Part shown: piece by piece, positions 59,601 to 64,000 of the stretch
Position numbering within the stretch: position 1 is the first letter of the stretch
How the letters are laid out: every line of letters begins with the position of its first letter
From: Eledone cirrhosa
Lineage: Eukaryota
Reading direction: 5' to 3'
Assembly (NCBI GenBank): GCA_964016885.1
Contig: OZ024743.1
Location: 141,794,001 to 141,858,000, forward strand
DNA length: 64,000 nucleotides
The notes under the pieces: model-generated
What the model saw: the letters and a program-made list of their open reading frames with translations, nothing else
Told to the model about the DNA's origin: nothing
Databases searched by the model: none
Translations under genes and position numbers: made by a program

Positions 59601-62600
59601 GGTGCTTGGTGCTTGGTGCTTGGTGTTAGGTGTTTGGTGCTTGGTGATGGGTGCTTGGTGTTTGGTCCTTGGTGCTTGGTGCATGGTCTTTGGTGCTTGG
59701 GTTTTGGTGTTTGGTGCTTGGTGCTTGGTGTTTGGTGCTTGGTGCTTGGTGCTTGGTGCTTGGTGTTTGGTGATTGCTGCTTGGTGCTTGGTGTTTGGTG
59801 CTTGGTGCTTGGTGATTAGTGTTTGGTGATTGGTGCTTGGGGTTTGGTGTTTGGGGCTTGGTGTTTGGTGCTTAGTGCTTGTTGTTTGGTGTTTGGTGTT
59901 TGGTTCTTGGTGCTTGGTGTTTGGTGCTTGGTGTTTGGTGCTTGGTGCTTGGTGCTTGGTGTTTGGTGCTGCGTGCTTGGTGTTTGGTGTTTGGTGCTTG
60001 GTGCCTGGTGCTTGTTGTTTGGTGTTTGGTGCTTAGTGCTTGGTGTTTGGTGTTTGGTGCTTGGTGCTTGGTGGCTGGTGTTTGGTGCTTGGTGTTTGGA
60101 GTTTGGTGCTTGGTGCTTGGTGCCTGGTGTTTCGTGCTTGGTGCTTGGTGCTTGGTGTTTGGTGATTGGTGCTTGGTGTTTGGTGTTTGGTACTTGGTGC
60201 TTGGTGCTTGGTGCTTGGTGCTTGGTGCTTGGTGTTTGATGCTGCGTGCTTGGTGTTTGGTGTTTGGTGCTTGGTGCTTGGTGTTTGGTGTTTGGAGCTC
60301 GGTGCCTGGTGCTTGTTGTTTGGTGTTTGGCGCTTGGTGCTTGGTGTTTGGTGTTTGGTGCTTGGTGCTTGGTGCTTGGTATCTGGTGTTTGGTGCTTGA
60401 TGTTTGGTGTTTGGTGCTTGGTGTTTGGTGTTTGGTGCTTGGTGCTTGGTGTTTGGTGCTTGGTGTTTGGTGTTTGGTGTTTGATGCTTGGTGTTTGCTG
60501 CTTGGTGCTTGGTGCTTGGTGTTTTGTGTTTGGTGATTGGTGATTGGTGCCTGGTGCTTGGTGCTTGGTGCTTGTTGTTTGGTGCTTGGTGCTTGGTGAT
60601 TAGTGTTTGGTGCTTGGTGCTTGCGGTTTGGTGTTTGGTGCTTGGTGTTTGGTGATTGGTGCTTGGTGCTTGGTGTTTGGTGCTTGGTGCTTGGTGTTTG
60701 GTGCTTGGTGCTTGGTGTTTGGTGTTTGGCGTTTGCTGTTTGCTGTTTGGTGTTTGGTGCTTGCTGTTTGGTGCTTGGTGCTTGGTGTTTGGTGTTTGGT
60801 GTTTTGTGCTTGGTGCTTGGTGTTTGGTGCTTGGTGCTTGGTGCTGGGTGTTTGGTGCTTGGTGCTTGGTGTTTGGTGCTTGTTGCTTGGTGCTTGGTGT
60901 TTGGTCCTTGGTGCTTGGTGCTTGGTCTTTGGTGCTTGGGTTTTGGTGTTTGGTGCTTGGTGCTTGGTGTTTGGTGCTTGGTTCTTGGTGCTTGGTGCTT
61001 GGTGTTTGGTGATTGCTGCTTGGTGCTTGGTGTTTGGTGCTTAGTGCTTGGTGATTAGTGTTTGGTGATTGGTGCTTGGGATTTGCTGTTTGGGGCTTGG
61101 TGTTTGGTGCTTGGTGCTTGATGTTTGGTGTTTGGTGTTTGGTTCTTGGTGCTTGGTGTTTGGTGTTTGGTGTCTGGTGCTTGGTGCTTGGTGCTTGGTG
61201 TTTGGTGATTGGTGCTTGGTGCTTGGTGTTTGGTGCTGCGTGCTTGGTGTTTGGTGCTTGGTGCTTGGTGATTAGTGTTTGGTGCTTGGTGCTTGGGGTT
61301 TGGTGTTTGGTGCTTGGGGTTTGGTGTCTGGTGCTTGGTGCTTGGTGTTTGGTGCTTGGTGCTTGGTGTTTGGTGCTTGGTGCTTTGTGTTTGGTGCTTG
61401 GTGTTTGGTGCTTGGTGCTTGGTGCTTGGTGTTAGGTGTTTGGTGCTTGGTGATTGGTGTTTGATGTTAGGTTCTTGGTGCTTGGTGTTTGGTGTTTGGT
61501 GCTTGGTGCTTGGTGTTTGGTGTTTGGTGCTTGCTGCTTGGTGCTTGGTGTTTTGTGTTTGGAGTTTGGTGCTTGGTGTTTGGTGCTTCGGTCTTGGTGT
61601 TTTGTGTATGGTGCTTGGTGCTTGGTGTTTGGTGTTTGGTGCCTGGTGCTTGGTGTTCGGTGCTTGGTGTTTGGTGTTTGGTGATTGGTGCTTGGTGTTT
61701 GGTGCTTGGTGCTTGGTGCTTGGTGCTTGGTGCTTGGTGTTAGGCGTTTGGTGCTTGGTGCTTGGTGTTTGATGTTTGGTCCATGGTGCTTGGTGTTTGG
61801 TATTTTGAGCTTGGTGCTTGGTGTTTGGTGTTTGGTGCTTGGTGCTTGGTGTTTGGTGTTTGGTGCTTGCTGCTTGCTGCTTGGTGTTTTGTGCTAGGGG
61901 CTTGGTGCTTGGTGTTTCGTGTTTGGTGCTTGGTGCTTGGTGTTTGGTGTTTGGTGCTTGGTGCGTGGGACTTGGTGTTTGGTGCTTGGTGTTTGGTGCT
62001 TGGTGTTTGGTGCTTGGTGCCTGGTGCTTGGTGATTGGTGTTTGGTGCTTGGTGTTTGGTGCTTGGTGTTTGGTGCTTGGTGTTCGGTGCTTGGTGCTTG
62101 GTGTTTGGTGTTTGCTGTTTGCTGTTTGGTGTTTGGTGTTTGCTGTTTGGTGTTTGCTCTGTGGTGTTTGGTGTTTGGTGCTTGCTGTTTGGTGCTTGGT
62201 GCTTGGTGTTTGGTATTTGGTGCTTGGTGTTTGGTGCTTGGTGCTTGGTGCTGGGTGTTTGGTGCTTAGTGCTTGGTGTTTGGTGCTTGGTGCTTGGTGC
62301 TTGGTGTTTGGTCCTTGGTGCTTGGTGCTTGGTCTTTGGTGCTTGGGTTTTGGTGTTTGGTGCTTGGTGCTTGGTGTTTGGTGCTTGGTGCTTGGTGCTT
62401 GGTGTTTGGTGCTTGCTGCTTGGCGCTTGGTGTTTGGTGCTTGGTGCTTGGTGATTAGTGTTTGGTGATTGGTGCTTGGGGTTTGGTGTTTGGGGGCTTG
62501 GTGTTTGGTGCGTGGTGCTTGCTGTTTGGTGTTTGGTGTTTGGTTCTTGGTGCTTGGTGTTTGGTGTTTGGTGCTTGGTGCTTGGTGTTTGGTGTTTGGT

Positions 62601-62689
62601 GCTTGGTGCTTGGTGTTTGGTGCTTGGTTCTTGGTGCTTGGTGCTTGGTGTTTGGTATTTGGTGTTTGCTGTTTGGTGTTTGGTGCTTG

Positions 62690-62900
62690 GTGCTTGGTGC
62701 TTGGAGCTTGGTGTTTGGTGTTTAGTGCTTGGTGCTTGGTATTTGGTGTTTGGTGCTTGGTGCTTGGTGTCTGGTGTTTGGTGCTTGGTGCTTGGTGCTT
62801 GGAGCTTGGTGTTTGGTGTTTAGTGCTTGGTGCTTGGTATTTGGTGTTTGGTGCTTGGTGCTTGGTGTCTGGTGTTTGGTGCTTGGTGCTTGGTGTTTGG
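62690..62900 (+). repeat. Tandem duplication, period 98 bp (14 monomers)
   Basis: TTGGAGC-TTGGTGT-TTGGTGT-TTAGTGC-TTGGTGC-TTGGTAT starts at 62701 and at 62799. Confidence 0.9.
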
Positions 62901-63224
62901 TGATTGGTGTTTGGAGACTGGTGTTTGGTGCTTGGTGCTTGGTGCTTGGTGCCTGGGGCTTGTTGTTTGGTGTTTGGTGCTTGGTGCTTGGTGCTTGGTG
63001 TTTGATGTTTGGTCCGTGGTGCTTGTTGTTTGGTGTTTGGTGCTTGGTGCTTGGTGTTTGGTGTTTGGTGCTTGCTGCTTGCTGCCTGGTGTTTGGTGCT
63101 TGGTGATTGGTGCTTGGTGTTTTATGCTTGGTGCTTGGTGTTTGGTGCTAGGGGCTTGGTTCTTGATGCTTGGTGTTTGGTGCTTGGTGCTTGCTGTTTG
63201 GTGCTTGGTGCTTGGTGCTTGGTG

Positions 63225-63770
63225 TTTGGTGTATGGTGTTTGGTGCTTGGTGTTTGGTGCTTGGTGCTTGGTGCTGGGTGGTTGGTGTTTGGTGTTTGGT
63301 GCTTGGTGATTGGTGCTTATTGTTTGGTGCTTGGTGCTTGGTGCTTGGTGCTTGGTCTTTGATGCTTGGTGTTTGGTGTTTGGTGCTTGGTGCTTGGTGA
63401 TTAGTGTTTGGTGCTTGGTGCTTGGTGTTTTGTGCTTGGTGTTTGGTGCTTGGTGCTTGGTGTTTGGTGTTTGGTGCTTTGTGCTTGGGGCTTGGTGTTT
63501 GGTGCTTAGTGTTTGGTGCTTGGTGTTTGGTGCTTGGCGCTTGGTGCTTGGTGTTTGGTGTATGGTGTTTGGTGCTTGGTGTTTGGTGCTTGGTGCTTGG
63601 TGCTGTGTGGTTGGTGTTTGGTGTTTGGTGCTTGGTGATTGGTGCTTATTGTTTGGTGCTTGGTGCGTGGTGCTTGGTGCTTGGTCTTTGGTGCTTGGTG
63701 TTTGGTGTTTGGTGCTTGGTGCTTGGTGCTTGGTGATTAGTGTTTGGTGCTTGGTGCTTGGTGCCTGGTG
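63225..63770 (+). repeat. Diverged duplication, period 329 bp (47 monomers)
   Basis: GTATGG is at 63231 and 63560; TTATTGT is at 63317 and 63646. The copies differ by several substitutions (for example TGGGTGG versus TGTGTGG). Confidence 0.8.
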
Positions 63771-64000
63771 CTTGGTGCTTGGTGCTTGTTGTTTGGTGCT
63801 TGGTGCTTGGTGATTAGTGTTTGGTGCTTGGTGCTTGGGGTTTGGTGTTTGGTGCTTGGTGTTTGGTGTTTGGTGCTTGGTGCTTGGTGTTTGGTGCTTG
63901 GTGCTTGGTGTTTGGTGCTTGGTGCTTTGTGTTTGGTGCTTGGTGTTTGGTGCTTGGTGCTTGGTGATTGGTGTTTGATGTTAGGTTCTTGGTGCTTGGT

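Larger units (their letters stand above)
1..64000 (+). repeat. Heptameric satellite array (TTGGTGY)n, about 9,140 monomers, single orientation, running off both window ends
   Basis: The sequence parses throughout into 7-mers TTGGTGC/TTGGTGT plus substitution variants (TTGCTGT, TTGATGT, TTGGTGA, TTAGTGT, TAGGTGT, CTGGTGC, TTGGGGT, TTGTTGT and others). The first full unit starts at 6. The + strand is almost entirely G/T with very few A. No inverted (CACCAA) segment was seen. Confidence 0.99.

Noticed and set aside
2-63813. Hundreds of + strand ORFs encoding Trp/Cys/Leu/Val/Gly-rich 'membrane-like' peptides
   Set aside because: They overlap in all three frames with the same heptad, mostly start at TTG/GTG triplets intrinsic to the monomer, and end at sporadic TGA/TAG variants. 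They are translations of the satellite, not genes.
1-64000. CRISPR array or other repeat-spacer system (for example GATTAGTGT as repeat with variable 'spacers')
   Set aside because: The intervening sequence is the same heptamer, the spacing is irregular and hundreds of bp long, and there are no unique spacers, leader or cas genes.
1-64000. RIP or methylation-deamination signature as the cause of the variants
   Set aside because: Some TG>TA variants exist (TTAGTGY, TTGGTAY), but transversion variants (TTGCTGY, TTGTTGY, TTGGGGY, TAGGTGT, TTGGTGA) appear at least as common by eye, and the consensus has no CpG. No dominant signature is evident.
1-64000. Direct product of telomerase or a reverse transcriptase reiteratively copying a short RNA template, or low-complexity sequencing noise
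   Set aside because: Rare variants recur in identical order over multi-kb blocks at exact offsets. This requires DNA-level duplication; de novo repeat addition or random basecalling noise would not reproduce it. No RT gene is present in the window.

Overview
The whole 64 kb window is one uninterrupted, single-orientation tandem array of a 7-bp monomer, TTGGTG(C/T) (reverse complement (G/A)CACCAA), about 9,140 copies. I found no genes, RNA genes, transposons, CRISPR arrays or unique sequence. The ORF track is a by-product of translating a stop-poor heptamer: the + strand gives WCLV(L/F)G(A/V) and the - strand gives (A/T)P(S/N)TKHQ in all three frames. The structure lies in the variant monomers. 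(i) The 7-bp register is almost perfect: I found only 8 phase-shifting monomers, and they account exactly for the net phase change across the window. (ii) Position 7 is a C/T switch arranged in short runs. (iii) Rare variants reveal nested duplications: tandem periods of 98, 119, 154, 224, 301, 329, 1253, 2604, 2883 and 5089 bp, and dispersed copies at offsets of about 8.9, 9.9, 12.1, 17.8 and 21.8 kb. (iv) The array divides into domains with different diagnostic variants. The most parsimonious reading is eukaryotic satellite DNA (heterochromatic or subtelomeric) expanding by recombination. Organism and function cannot be determined from this window. Block boundaries were read by eye and are approximate (about +/-50-100 bp); offsets were calculated from marker and ORF coordinates.
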